Shown here: one piece after another, positions 48,479 through 58,054 of the stretch
Position numbering within the stretch: position 1 is the first letter of the stretch
Layout of the letters: each line of letters starts with the position of its first letter
From: Polyangiaceae bacterium
GTDB lineage: Bacteria; Myxococcota_A; Polyangia; Polyangiales; Polyangiaceae
Length of the DNA stretch: 64,000 nt
Reading direction: 5' to 3'
Assembly (NCBI GenBank): GCA_965222375.1
Contig: CBDCTZ010000015.1
Span: 96,001-160,000, forward strand
Made by a program: the position numbers and the translations under genes
The notes under the pieces: generated by a model
Database searches by the model: none
The model's input: the letters and a program-made list of their open reading frames with translations, nothing else
What the model was told of the DNA's origin: nothing

Positions 48479-49528
48479 CTAATCTGCCCGGGGCTCGACC
48501 ACCACTCTCACAACGCCGTCGTCCTTGCGAGCAAGATGCTGCAGAGCGTCGTTTGCGCGGCGGAGGGGGTAGCGGGCCGATATCGAACCCGACACATCCA
48601 GTCGTCCGGCGGCGACGAGGCGGAAGAGGTCCTCGATATCCGCTCGGTCCATGCCGAAGGAACCGAGTACGGCCTGCTCTCGGCCCACGAAGCCCAAGAG
48701 CGGCGGAAGCTGAGGCCGCTCGGTGCCGACACCAACAATCACCGCACGCCCGCACTTGCCGAGGCAACGCAGGCCCAATTGCACGGTCTCGGCGGTGCCC
48801 ACACATTCGAGGACTAGGTCCAGGCCACCGGGGACCGCGCTCTTGAGCGACCGGCGGAAATCATCTTGCTTTGGGTCCAGTGCTACATCTGCACCGAGCC
48901 GTAATGCCCGCTCTCGCGCCCGCGGATCTGGATCGATCGCTACGACATGGGCAGCGCCCATCATCCGCGCGAGTTGGATGCCGTGAGTGCCTAGGCCGCC
49001 GCAGCCGACGACACCGACCGTTTCGCCCGCGCGCAGCGCTCCGCGGGACCGAAGCGCATGAAAGGGCGTGGCGATACCGTCCGTGATGACAGCGCCAATG
49101 TCGAAGGGCACTTCAGACGGCAGAGACATCACCGACGCGGCCGGGACTGCCACGTACTGAGCCAACGCTCCATCCCGCCCCATGCCATAGACTTTGGAGC
49201 GATCGCAAAGAGACTCGCGACCAGCGTGGCAGTAGCGGCAGGCGCGGCAGGAGGCCGCGGGGAACATTGCCACGCGATCCCCCTCCTTGACGCCAGAGCC
49301 GTTTGCCGGCGCGCTCACGACGACCCCCGCCGCTTCGTGGCCGAGAGTGATGGGCGTGCGCTCGACGGGAAGACTCCCCTCCACTGCCAGATGAAGGTCC
49401 GTGCCGCACAGACCGCAGGCGTTGACCTGCACCAAGATCTCTCCCTGCCCGGGCACCGGGAGCGGCAGTTCGTGGATTTCGAGGGGTTCGCCCGGGCACA
49501 CCAAGCGAGCAGCGAGCATCGTCTTCAT
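48479..49528 (-). CDS. Zn-dependent alcohol dehydrogenase (MDR family)
   Basis: CGTD, GHE, C..C..C.......C structural Zn site, GCGGLG NAD-binding motif. Confidence 0.9.
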   Translation of the reverse strand: MKTMLAARLVCPGEPLEIHELPLPVPGQGEILVQVNACGLCGTDLHLAVEGSLPVERTPITLGHEAAGVVVSAPANGSGVKEGDRVAMFPAASCRACRYCHAGRESLCDRSKVYGMGRDGALAQYVAVPAASVMSLPSEVPFDIGAVITDGIATPFHALRSRGALRAGETVGVVGCGGLGTHGIQLARMMGAAHVVAIDPDPRARERALRLGADVALDPKQDDFRRSLKSAVPGGLDLVLECVGTAETVQLGLRCLGKCGRAVIVGVGTERPQLPPLLGFVGREQAVLGSFGMDRADIEDLFRLVAAGRLDVSGSISARYPLRRANDALQHLARKDDGVVRVVVEPRAD

Positions 49529-50166
49529 GTTGGCTCCTTGTCGTCGCCTGAGTCCCCCGGGAAAATCCCCCCCACGAGGAGTTCGAACGCCTTGGCCATC
49601 TCTCGGTCCGTCGGATGGGCGCGGGCACCCAGATTCGCACGGGAGTCTCGAAGCACCGTCAGCCCCACGAAGCTCGACCACAACAGGTCCGCGGCGACTC
49701 GCGGCTGGGGTACCTCTGTGAGGTCACCGAAGAGGGCGGCGAATCGGCGGAAGTTGTCACCGGAGCGGCGCGCCAGCTCCGCCTTGAGCTCATCAGACAC
49801 CAAAGCCGTCGACTGCGGGTGGGCCAGGTGAGTGAACACCTGAAAGTACTCCGGGTGCTCACGGTTCACCTCTCCAAAAAAGCGCCACAGCCTCCTGAGC
49901 CTGCTCCTTGGGTCCGTCTCGGCGACAGCGATGCGGTCGAGGCCGCGCTGCATGAACTCGATCCCCTCGAGCAACAGGGACGTAAAGAGCTCGTCCTTGC
50001 TCTTGAAGTAGAAGAACAGCGTCGCCTCTGAGAGCTCGCAGGCACCTGCGATCTGCTTGGTACTTGTGCCGTTGAAACCGTTATCACGGACGAGAGTGCG
50101 AGTAGCGTCCAGCACGGCCTTGCGTCGTGCCTCCCGTTCTCGCGCTCGTCGTTCCTGTACGCCCAT
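49525..50166 (-). CDS. TetR/AcrR family regulator
   Basis: N-terminal HTH GFNGTSTKQIA....SEATLFFYFKSKDEL. Confidence 0.9.
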   Translation of the reverse strand: MGVQERRAREREARRKAVLDATRTLVRDNGFNGTSTKQIAGACELSEATLFFYFKSKDELFTSLLLEGIEFMQRGLDRIAVAETDPRSRLRRLWRFFGEVNREHPEYFQVFTHLAHPQSTALVSDELKAELARRSGDNFRRFAALFGDLTEVPQPRVAADLLWSSFVGLTVLRDSRANLGARAHPTDREMAKAFELLVGGIFPGDSGDDKEPT

Positions 50167-51321
50167 CTATGAAGCCTTCCCAGAGGCTTCCAGCGCCCGT
50201 GCGATGGTCTCGCGCTGGATTTCACTGGTACCCTCACCAAACTCGAGCACTTTGCAATCGCGGTAGAAGCGTTGAGCCGCGCTGTCGAGCATATAACCCT
50301 GAGCGCCGCTGAGATGAAGCGCGCGTTCGCACGCCCAAGTACAGGTCTCGCTGGCAAGTAGCTTGGCCATCGAGGCCTCGGTGTTGTGTTCTTTGCCTGC
50401 GTCAGCGAGCCGCGCCGCGTGGAGTGTGAGCTGCCACGCTGCCTCGGTACGGGTCGCGATGTCCGCGAGGGTGAAACGCACGAACTGCTTCTTCAGCAGA
50501 GGTTTCCCAAACTGCACCCGGGCGGCCGTGTGCTCCAGGGCGGCATTGAGGGCGGCTCGAGACAAGCCTACGGCAAAAGATGCGGCTGCGATGCGGCCAA
50601 GGGTGAGAACCTGCAGGGCTTTGACGAAACCGACGTTCTCCGGACCAAGCCGGTCCGTCTGTGAGACGCGGCACTCCTCGAGAACTATCTCGGCCATCTC
50701 CGACGCCCCCATGCCGAGTTTCTCCATCGGCTTACCGACGCTCATACCCGGATTGTCGCGATCAACCAGGAACACAGACAAGCCTTTGAGGCCTTGTTCC
50801 GGCGCAGTACTGGCCACGACGACGGCGAAGTCGGCGAAAGTCGCATTGGTGATGTACAGCTTCGCGCCGTCAAGCACATAGCTGTCACCGTCGCGTTTCG
50901 CGCGCGTCCCAACACTGGAGACATCAGCCCCAGCACCGGCTTCGGCATACGCCCAGCAACCCACTCGCTGCCCTCGCAGCGCAGCTGGAAGAATCCGCTT
51001 GCGCTGAGAGTCGTTTCCTAAATGAAAGACCGCTGCCGCCGCCAGGGCCGTGTGCACATACATCCCAAGTGCCACCCCAGCCGACCCCCGGGCCAGCTCC
51101 GCGCAAAGTAAGGCGTAGAGCACTGAACCCCCGCCACTACCTCCAACGCTCTCTGGGAACGCAATCCCGAGCCACCCGAGCTCTCCGAACTTGCCAAATA
51201 GCTCCCGTGGATACGTCTGCGCGCGGTCCCAGCCAAGGGCCTTGGGCGCAATCTCCTGAGCGACAAACTCCCTGACGGACTGCTGAAGCAGGATTTCTTC
51301 TGCTGTTAGTAGGTAGCTCAT
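50167..51321 (-). CDS. Acyl-CoA dehydrogenase
   Basis: G.KLYITNA, R.QFGKP, ASMAK, RFYRD.K...FGEGTSEIQR. Confidence 0.92.
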   Translation of the reverse strand: MSYLLTAEEILLQQSVREFVAQEIAPKALGWDRAQTYPRELFGKFGELGWLGIAFPESVGGSGGGSVLYALLCAELARGSAGVALGMYVHTALAAAAVFHLGNDSQRKRILPAALRGQRVGCWAYAEAGAGADVSSVGTRAKRDGDSYVLDGAKLYITNATFADFAVVVASTAPEQGLKGLSVFLVDRDNPGMSVGKPMEKLGMGASEMAEIVLEECRVSQTDRLGPENVGFVKALQVLTLGRIAAASFAVGLSRAALNAALEHTAARVQFGKPLLKKQFVRFTLADIATRTEAAWQLTLHAARLADAGKEHNTEASMAKLLASETCTWACERALHLSGAQGYMLDSAAQRFYRDCKVLEFGEGTSEIQRETIARALEASGKAS

Positions 51322-51365
51322 GATCGGTTCCGTTTCCGGGGAGGTAGGTTCGAACGGGGCAAGCC

Positions 51366-52154
51366 TCAGTTGCCGTTGAAGTGAGGCGAGCGTTTCTCTC
51401 GAAACGACGCAAGACCTTCGCGGTGGTCCTTGCTCTGTAGGCATTGAACTTGGGCAAAGATTTCGAAGTCGAATTCCGCGTCCATGTCGCGGTCGACCGA
51501 GCGACGGATGGCACGCTTCGTGAAAGCCAGCGCCATCGGCGGTCCGGCAGCAAGATTGCGCGCAAGCTCATTCACGCTCTGGTCCAAGTCGTCAGCCGCT
51601 ACAACGCGGGTGATGAGCCCAATGCGCTCAGCTTCTTCAGCGCCCACAAAGCGTCCCGACATCATGATCTCGGTGGCTCGGCCCATGCCAACGAGCCGCG
51701 GCAGAAAGTACCCGGCAGACATGTCGCAGCCAGCCAAGCCGATGTTGACGAATGGCGCGCACAGCCGCGTGTCGGGCACGGCGATACGGTAGTCGCACGC
51801 TAGCGCCAGGCCGAGACCACCGCCCACCGCGTCTCCATGCAGGCGCGCGATCACGGGTTGACCCATTGCGGCAATGCGGCGGATCGGATCGAGATATCGG
51901 TCCACGATCTTCTCCCACTGGACGGCCGTGCGCTCGACCATCTCGGCCTGATCCGCACCGGCGCAGAAGAGCCGCCCGTTCCCCGAGAGCACGACTACTC
52001 GAACCGTGTCCGTACTAGCTACTTCATCGAGGCCGCTGACCAGCGCTTCGAGGGTGGGCAAATCGATGGTGTTGAGACGCTTTGGCCGATTGAGGGTCAC
52101 CGTCGCCACACCGTCGCTGACATCGACGAGGACTGCGTCGTCCGACGCGCTCAT
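51366..52154 (-). CDS. Crotonase family, PaaG-like isomerase type
   Basis: FCAGAD, GGGLGLALACD (no Glu), FVNIGLAGCD. Confidence 0.88.
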   Translation of the reverse strand: MSASDDAVLVDVSDGVATVTLNRPKRLNTIDLPTLEALVSGLDEVASTDTVRVVVLSGNGRLFCAGADQAEMVERTAVQWEKIVDRYLDPIRRIAAMGQPVIARLHGDAVGGGLGLALACDYRIAVPDTRLCAPFVNIGLAGCDMSAGYFLPRLVGMGRATEIMMSGRFVGAEEAERIGLITRVVAADDLDQSVNELARNLAAGPPMALAFTKRAIRRSVDRDMDAEFDFEIFAQVQCLQSKDHREGLASFREKRSPHFNGN

Positions 52155-52582
52155 GGCTTCCTCGGTCGCAAGGCGTAATCGAAGGTGCCTTCGAATACGG
52201 TTTGTCCTTCAGGATCCGTCGAGCTCACCGAGACCTTCGCGTCGGCGCGGTCACTCTCCGCAAACGCCTCTCTAGCGGCCTTCGCGACGCCAGCGTCAAT
52301 CCGCGCTGTCGATACGATGTCTCCTTCAGCGCGACGCGTATAACGCACGGAAGCCGAGCGCAGCAACACGAAGGCCCGGGCGTCGGGCACGATCTGCCAC
52401 GCCGCCACTCCAGCGGCAGTCTCCGCAGCTGTGTACACGGCGCCGGCGTGGGCAATTCCCACATGATTGGTCACTTCGGTGCGCAAAGGCATCCGCACTC
52501 GCACGGCCCCATCAGCGCTTTCCACGGACAACTTGTGGCTACGTAGGTAGGGAATGCCCGCCAGGACGTCGGCCAAGGTCAT
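52151..52582 (-). CDS. Hot-dog fold thioesterase (PaaI/YiiD-C/DUF4442-like)
   Basis: NHVGIAHAGA.YT.AE. Confidence 0.8.
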   Translation of the reverse strand: MTLADVLAGIPYLRSHKLSVESADGAVRVRMPLRTEVTNHVGIAHAGAVYTAAETAAGVAAWQIVPDARAFVLLRSASVRYTRRAEGDIVSTARIDAGVAKAAREAFAESDRADAKVSVSSTDPEGQTVFEGTFDYALRPRKP

Positions 52583-53436
52583 GACGCCTCCAACCTCAGC
52601 GCACGCACGACATTGTCGCTAACGATCTTCCTAAATGTGTCAGCAGTCAGGTCGAGCTGCTCCAGCTCTGCCAGGGTTCGCTCAAATGAGAGCAGCGGGT
52701 AATCCGTTGCCCAGATCACTTTGTTCTTGCCCCAGCCGCGAGCGAAGTCCAGGAACTGCGCCGGCCAATGCTTGGGCGCGCGTGCCGAAGTCTCGACGTA
52801 GAGGTTGGGGTGCTTCCACGCCAACGTCATCATCTCCTCGTGCCAAGGTTGTCCCAGATGACAACCGAGGATTGTGAGCTCGGGGAACGCCAGGGCAACC
52901 TCGTCGAGGTAGATCGGTCTGCCGCATTCGGAGGGGAGCAGCGGGCCGGTATGACCGACCTGGATCGCGACCGCCACGCCGAGCTCTTGGCACTTCAGAT
53001 AGACCGGCCAATAGTGCTTGTCGTTCGGCGCAAGTCCTGTCGTGCCATCACCGTACATATAGGGTTCGAGGCGGATCACCTTCATGCCCAAATCCCCAAC
53101 CAGCCTCTGCACGTCCCGGGCGACCTCACCAGGTTTCTTGAGGGGATTCACAGTGCCGCTACCGACGAATCGGTCCGGGTACTTGGCGACCGCCTCAGCG
53201 ACCTCCTCGTTCGACGAAACCGCCACATCCTTGTGATAGAAGGCGGACAGCACGCAGCGATCCACACCGGCCTCGTCCATCTCGCTCAACATCTGGGTCA
53301 GTTCCATGCCGTCGAAGATGACTTGCGGAGAACGGTACTTCTTGAAGATGTGCAAGTACTCTTTGGGCCAACGCTTGGCGCCTTCGGGACTTATCCAGCT
53401 CGCCCACGCATCAATCGCAATTCGTTCTCGGCTCAT
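52579..53436 (-). CDS. Amidohydrolase family 2 protein
   Basis: EMDEAGVD, SNEEVA..V..YPDRF, GHTGP, HLG.PW, NLYVETSA, ATDYP. Confidence 0.88.
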   Translation of the reverse strand: MSRERIAIDAWASWISPEGAKRWPKEYLHIFKKYRSPQVIFDGMELTQMLSEMDEAGVDRCVLSAFYHKDVAVSSNEEVAEAVAKYPDRFVGSGTVNPLKKPGEVARDVQRLVGDLGMKVIRLEPYMYGDGTTGLAPNDKHYWPVYLKCQELGVAVAIQVGHTGPLLPSECGRPIYLDEVALAFPELTILGCHLGQPWHEEMMTLAWKHPNLYVETSARAPKHWPAQFLDFARGWGKNKVIWATDYPLLSFERTLAELEQLDLTADTFRKIVSDNVVRALRLEAS

Positions 53437-54350
53437 GGTTTTGTCTCCATTGTGAGTTGGGTAGCTTTGTCGGTGGGGCCGAGGCGCAGTCGCAGGAGCT
53501 GACGCGCCCGTGCTGGGCTCGCTGGCGCCCCCCCAAGATCGCGCACGATGCGGACGGCCTTTTCCACCAACTGCGCGTTGGAGCTCGCTAGCTCGCCCCG
53601 CGCCAAGTACACGTTGTCCTCGAGCCCAACGCGGATGTGGCCACCCATCGCAACCACCGCGCCGAGCATCCGGAAGTGGTTCTGCGCGCCGATGGCGCTC
53701 ACCAACCACTGAGTGTCTGATGGCAATCCATCGGTCAGGAACACCAAATTCTTCACCGTGGCCCTGCTGCACTCACCGGGGATCCCCATGACGAAATTGA
53801 CGAGCAGCGGTTCTTCGAACACGCCACGTGCGCGCAAGGCGGCCAAGTTGTTGAGCATTCCGGCGTGATAGATTTCAATTTCCGGACGCACGCCGTTTTC
53901 GGCAAACACGCGCGCGACCTGCTCTAGTTCGGCGTGGGACGAGAACAGGGGCACGAAGCGATCTTTGACCCATTTCCCATCCCGCTCGTCGTAGCGGCCA
54001 AGCAAGCAGCCACTGCCCAGGCTGAAGGACGCAATGTCCGGCCGCAGCTCGGGCACCACGACAATGCGCCGAGCCAGGGGCAGCCCCGCCACCGCCCCGC
54101 CAGTGGTCAGGTTGAGTACGGCGTCACAGCCCTGCTCGCGCAGACCGTCAACGATTTGCCGAAACACGGCGACGTCCGCCGTAGCCTTGCCATCAGCGTC
54201 GCGCGCGTGAATGTGCAGAATCGCTGCGCCCGCTCGCCACGCGTCGACACCTTGAGCAACAATCTCGTCCGGTTGCTCGGGCAGACTTGGATTCGCGTCC
54301 TTGCCTTGCTGGGCCCCGGTCAGAGCGCATGTGATGATCACATCGGCCAT
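53433..54350 (-). CDS. Beta-keto acid cleavage enzyme (BKACE/Kce, DUF849)
   Basis: IITCALTGA, AGAAILHIHARD, TTGG, GGHIRVGLEDN. Confidence 0.9.
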   Translation of the reverse strand: MADVIITCALTGAQQGKDANPSLPEQPDEIVAQGVDAWRAGAAILHIHARDADGKATADVAVFRQIVDGLREQGCDAVLNLTTGGAVAGLPLARRIVVVPELRPDIASFSLGSGCLLGRYDERDGKWVKDRFVPLFSSHAELEQVARVFAENGVRPEIEIYHAGMLNNLAALRARGVFEEPLLVNFVMGIPGECSRATVKNLVFLTDGLPSDTQWLVSAIGAQNHFRMLGAVVAMGGHIRVGLEDNVYLARGELASSNAQLVEKAVRIVRDLGGAPASPARARQLLRLRLGPTDKATQLTMETKP

Positions 54351-54372
54351 CTTCCATCTCCCAACGCACGGA

Positions 54373-55170
54373 CTACTTTCCTTCGAAGCGCGCGGCGCGC
54401 TTTTCGAGGAAGGCCGCCATGCCCTCTTTCTGATCGCGAGTCATGAAGTTGAGCATCACGGTGTTGATCGAAAAGTCGATTGCGGATTCGAGGTCGGTCG
54501 TCATCCACTTGTGAATGATCTCTTTCTGGGTCCCGAGGGCTGCAGGGCTCTTTTCAGCCAATCGATCGCACACGGCGTCCACCTCTGCCTCAAGCGCGTC
54601 CGCTTTGGTGACAGAGTGAAGAAGACCGCGGCGCTCAGCTTTGGCTGCATCCCAGAACTCACCCAAGTACGCCAGCTCTCTGGCGCCCTGGATGCCGACG
54701 CACAGCGGCAAGATCGCCGCTTCGACGATTGCCGGGATGCCGCGGTGGATGTTCGGTAAGCCAAAGCGAGACCGCTCGGTGGCAAGCATGAAGTCACACG
54801 ACACAGCCAGCTCGAGACCAGCGCCCAGGCACAGGCCGTCAATGCCGCAGACGACGGGGATCTCAGTGGTGCGCAAGGCCAAGAACGTTCGATGCAGCTC
54901 GCGACCGACTGCTCGGGCTTCGAGCCCACGCATGTCTTTGACGTATGCGACGTCGATTCCGGCTGAGAAAGCCTTGTCGCCCGCCGCGTCGATGCACACG
55001 ACGCGCACGTCTGGATCCGCTACCGCTTGGGCAAGGGCTTCGCGGATTTCCGCGAGCATGACGCCGTTGATGGCGTTGAGCACTTCGGGCCGCGAGAGCG
55101 TGAGCCGCATGGTCGCGCCCCGGCGCGTGCAGGCGAGCGTTTCGAAAGCGCTTGGCGTGGAGGCTGTCAT
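54373..55170 (-). CDS. Crotonase family protein (single catalytic Glu)
   Basis: FSAGID, GAGLELAVSCD, FGLPNIHRG (usual PE replaced by PN). Confidence 0.88.
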   Translation of the reverse strand: MTASTPSAFETLACTRRGATMRLTLSRPEVLNAINGVMLAEIREALAQAVADPDVRVVCIDAAGDKAFSAGIDVAYVKDMRGLEARAVGRELHRTFLALRTTEIPVVCGIDGLCLGAGLELAVSCDFMLATERSRFGLPNIHRGIPAIVEAAILPLCVGIQGARELAYLGEFWDAAKAERRGLLHSVTKADALEAEVDAVCDRLAEKSPAALGTQKEIIHKWMTTDLESAIDFSINTVMLNFMTRDQKEGMAAFLEKRAARFEGK

Positions 55171-55177
55171 CTTGCGT

Positions 55178-55969
55178 TCACTTTCCTAGGAATTCGGCTT
55201 TGCGTTTTTCGACAAATGCGGCGATCCCCTCTTGGGCATCTTCGGTGCTCCGAAGCGGTTCCGCGTAGAACTGTTCGATGCGCAAGCCCTCCTCCAGAGG
55301 CAGGTGTCGCCCCCGAAGAGCGGCTGCTCGCGCAGCCTGCACTGCGAGCGGCGCGTTCTTCGCGATGCGATGAGCAAATGCATGAGCCTCGGCCATGAGG
55401 GACTCAGCGCTAACCACACGGTTTATCAAGCCGCAGCGCAGCGCAGCGGCGGCATCTATTGAGTCACCCGTGAGCATGAGCTCCATGGCGATTGCTTGGG
55501 GCACCGCGCGTACCAAGCGTTGGGTCCCACCAGCAGCCGGGATAATGCCGCGGCGAACCTCAGGCACGCCAAAGGTCGCGTGATCGACGGCAATACGCAC
55601 GTCACAGGCGAGAGCAAGCTCCAAGCCTCCGGCCAAGCAGTGCCCGTTGATGGCAGCGATAATCGGTTTGCCTGGATCGAGATTGCGGGTGATCCCGCCG
55701 AGCCCCGGTTCGCGCTCACCCCGCTCGCGTCGCTCGATGGGCGTCATCGAGCGATAGTGGTCACCGAGTTCCTTCAGATCTGCGCCAGCGCAAAAGGCCT
55801 TGTCGCCGGCGCCGGTCAAGATCGCAACCCGCAGCTCGGTGTTGTCTCGAAATGAGCGCCAGGCGTCGCACAGCTGCTGAGCCATTTGCCGATTCAAGGC
55901 GTTGCGCGCCTCGGGTCGATCAATTGTGATCACAAACACGTGGTCGTCCACGCTGGCCCGAATGCTCAT
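55178..55969 (-). CDS. Enoyl-CoA hydratase (both catalytic Glu)
   Basis: FCAGADL, AGGLELALACD, FGVPEVRRG. Confidence 0.9.
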   Translation of the reverse strand: MSIRASVDDHVFVITIDRPEARNALNRQMAQQLCDAWRSFRDNTELRVAILTGAGDKAFCAGADLKELGDHYRSMTPIERRERGEREPGLGGITRNLDPGKPIIAAINGHCLAGGLELALACDVRIAVDHATFGVPEVRRGIIPAAGGTQRLVRAVPQAIAMELMLTGDSIDAAAALRCGLINRVVSAESLMAEAHAFAHRIAKNAPLAVQAARAAALRGRHLPLEEGLRIEQFYAEPLRSTEDAQEGIAAFVEKRKAEFLGK

Positions 55970-56391
55970 GCCGCTGCGTCCTCCGTGAGAAGAAATCCCT
56001 CGATGTCGAGGATGCTGCCCGTCCGCCCTTCGCAAAACCGCGCTCGAACGCGAGCCCCGACCGACCACGAGCCCTGTCTAGCTAGCAGGCGGTGAATGAA
56101 CGCAGTGTCTGCGCCGTCGAGGAGCACGAGACCGAAGCACCTCGGCTCGGAACGACCCTCAGCCCGTTCGGTCCACGATTGCAGTGTTCCGCACGGACTG
56201 ACGTCGACGAGCTCCGTCGGCGCGCCGCCGCAGCGAGAGCAATACGCCTGAGCCGGACAGACGACACGCTGACAGGCCGAGCACTTGGACCCGAGGATGC
56301 GGCGGTCATCGCGCAGTGCAGCTAGAAAGGCGCTCCCGGCTTGGCCCGCGGCATACTCGAAGGGCAGGCGGATGGATTGCTCGCGGATCAT
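55966..56391 (-). CDS. DUF35 Zn-ribbon/OB-fold protein
   Basis: C..C......P...C..C, G.L.SWT, LVLLDGADT. Confidence 0.88.
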   Translation of the reverse strand: MIREQSIRLPFEYAAGQAGSAFLAALRDDRRILGSKCSACQRVVCPAQAYCSRCGGAPTELVDVSPCGTLQSWTERAEGRSEPRCFGLVLLDGADTAFIHRLLARQGSWSVGARVRARFCEGRTGSILDIEGFLLTEDAAA

Positions 56392-56903
56392 CGGGCCTTC
56401 CCCTCTGGCGCGGGAGCGCCCTGCCCGCCCTCTGCGTTGCGCGTGGGCATCAGCTTGAAGTGGACGATGTCGTCCATCGCTCCCACCAGCTCCGGGCGCC
56501 ATACGGCGCGCACACGCAATCCGACCCGTAGCCGCGTCGGGTCGTTTTCAGACAGGAAGTGATTGAGAGTCGTGTCGGCTCCGTCGAGCAAGATGAGACC
56601 CATGCCGTAGGGGGATGGCCGCATCTCGCCGGTGCGACCGTCGCGGATGGGCACATGTACGACCGTCCACGCCACGAGTTTTCCCTCATCTGCCACGGGC
56701 ACCCACTGCACCAGGCGCTTGTGGCAATTACCGCACATGGGTCGGGGAGGGAGATAGCGTCGGCCGCATGCTTCACAGCGCAGCGCCTCGAGCCTTCGCT
56801 GCTCGAGCCCAGCGCAGAAGCGCTGCATGGCGTCGCCGGAGGCGTATCCCCAACCGAGATCCATCCCGATGGCGACCTTCAGTTCCGATCCGCCTGCAGT
56901 CAC
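56388..56903 (-). CDS. DUF35 Zn-ribbon/OB-fold protein
   Basis: CEACG..YLPPR..CGNC, G.LVAWT, LILLDGADT, G.RVRAVW. Confidence 0.88.
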   Translation of the reverse strand: MTAGGSELKVAIGMDLGWGYASGDAMQRFCAGLEQRRLEALRCEACGRRYLPPRPMCGNCHKRLVQWVPVADEGKLVAWTVVHVPIRDGRTGEMRPSPYGMGLILLDGADTTLNHFLSENDPTRLRVGLRVRAVWRPELVGAMDDIVHFKLMPTRNAEGGQGAPAPEGKAR

Positions 56904-58054
56904 GCTGCCGCTCCTAGGATGATCACGTCGGCCCAGGCGTACACGCCGTAGCCCGTGGCCAACGCGGTGGCTGCCCCATCCACTTGTCGGGCGCCGCCGC
57001 GACCATGAATCTGCAACGCCGCCTCTGCCACTCGGATGACACCAGACGCGCCCACGGGGTTGGTGGAAAGCACACCACCGGACGGATTGACTGGAAGTTC
57101 GCCGGTCATCGAGGTGACGCCGTCCTCGATCAGGCGCCCAGCTTCGCCCTCCCTGCAAAAGCCGAGGGCCTCGTACCATGCGAGTTCAGCGTAACTAACC
57201 GGTTCGTAGATCTCCGCGACGTCGAGATCGACAAGCGGCCGCCGGATCTGCGCAGCACGGTAGGCGACCCGCGCCGCATCGCGCAGGGTGCGCATGGCCA
57301 CCAAACGGCGGTCGAGATCGCCGAGGTACGGCTGGTCGTGCCGGGTAACCGCAGCCTTGATCCACGCGGGCTTGGGACAGAGCTTTCGTGCCTTCTCCTC
57401 GCTGGCAATCACGACCGCACAAGCACCGTCCGACTGCGGGCACATGTCCAGCAGGCGCAGTGGGTGCGCGAGCATCTTGGACGAAAGTACCTCGTCCACG
57501 CTGATGTCGGGCATTTGCAGGTGCGCGTGTGGGTTTCGTGCCGCGTTCTGTCGCGCTTTTACGGCGACCTGCGCTGCCTGGGTCTCCGTCACGCCGCGCT
57601 CGGCGGCATACTGCGATACGGATAAGGCGAAATTGCCAAGGGCGCCGGAGGCGACCGCGCGATCCCAAAACGGATCGGTCAGCGCCATACCAGTTTGGGT
57701 ATGCCCCTCCGAGTGCTTCTCATACCCAACGACCAGCAGTGTGTCGCACAAGCCCGCTGCCACCTGGTGGTAGCCCGCGATACACGCGCTAGTGCCGGAT
57801 GTGCCGCCCGTGGCCACCTTCATGCAAGGTTTGCCCGCAGCGAACGCAGCCTCACCAATCCAAAGCTCAGGCAGCGCGCGGCCTTCAAAAAGCTCCATGC
57901 TCGAGATCAGAACTGCGTCGATGTCGTCAGGCTTCAATTCGGCGTCCCGGAGGGCCGCCAGCGCCGCCTCGCGCACGAGTTCGGGCTGCGATACGTCGTC
58001 GCGTCGACGAGTGTGCCGGGTCTGCCCGGTCCCAATCACAGCGGCAGGCCTCAT
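56900..58054 (-). CDS. SCP-x-type thiolase-fold protein, Ltp3-like putative aldol lyase
   Basis: GTGQT, CPQSDGACA, AEIY, PVNPSGGVLSTNP.GASG; nucleophile Cys position reads ATGGTSG. Confidence 0.85.
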   Translation of the reverse strand: MRPAAVIGTGQTRHTRRRDDVSQPELVREAALAALRDAELKPDDIDAVLISSMELFEGRALPELWIGEAAFAAGKPCMKVATGGTSGTSACIAGYHQVAAGLCDTLLVVGYEKHSEGHTQTGMALTDPFWDRAVASGALGNFALSVSQYAAERGVTETQAAQVAVKARQNAARNPHAHLQMPDISVDEVLSSKMLAHPLRLLDMCPQSDGACAVVIASEEKARKLCPKPAWIKAAVTRHDQPYLGDLDRRLVAMRTLRDAARVAYRAAQIRRPLVDLDVAEIYEPVSYAELAWYEALGFCREGEAGRLIEDGVTSMTGELPVNPSGGVLSTNPVGASGVIRVAEAALQIHGRGGARQVDGAATALATGYGVYAWADVIILGAAA

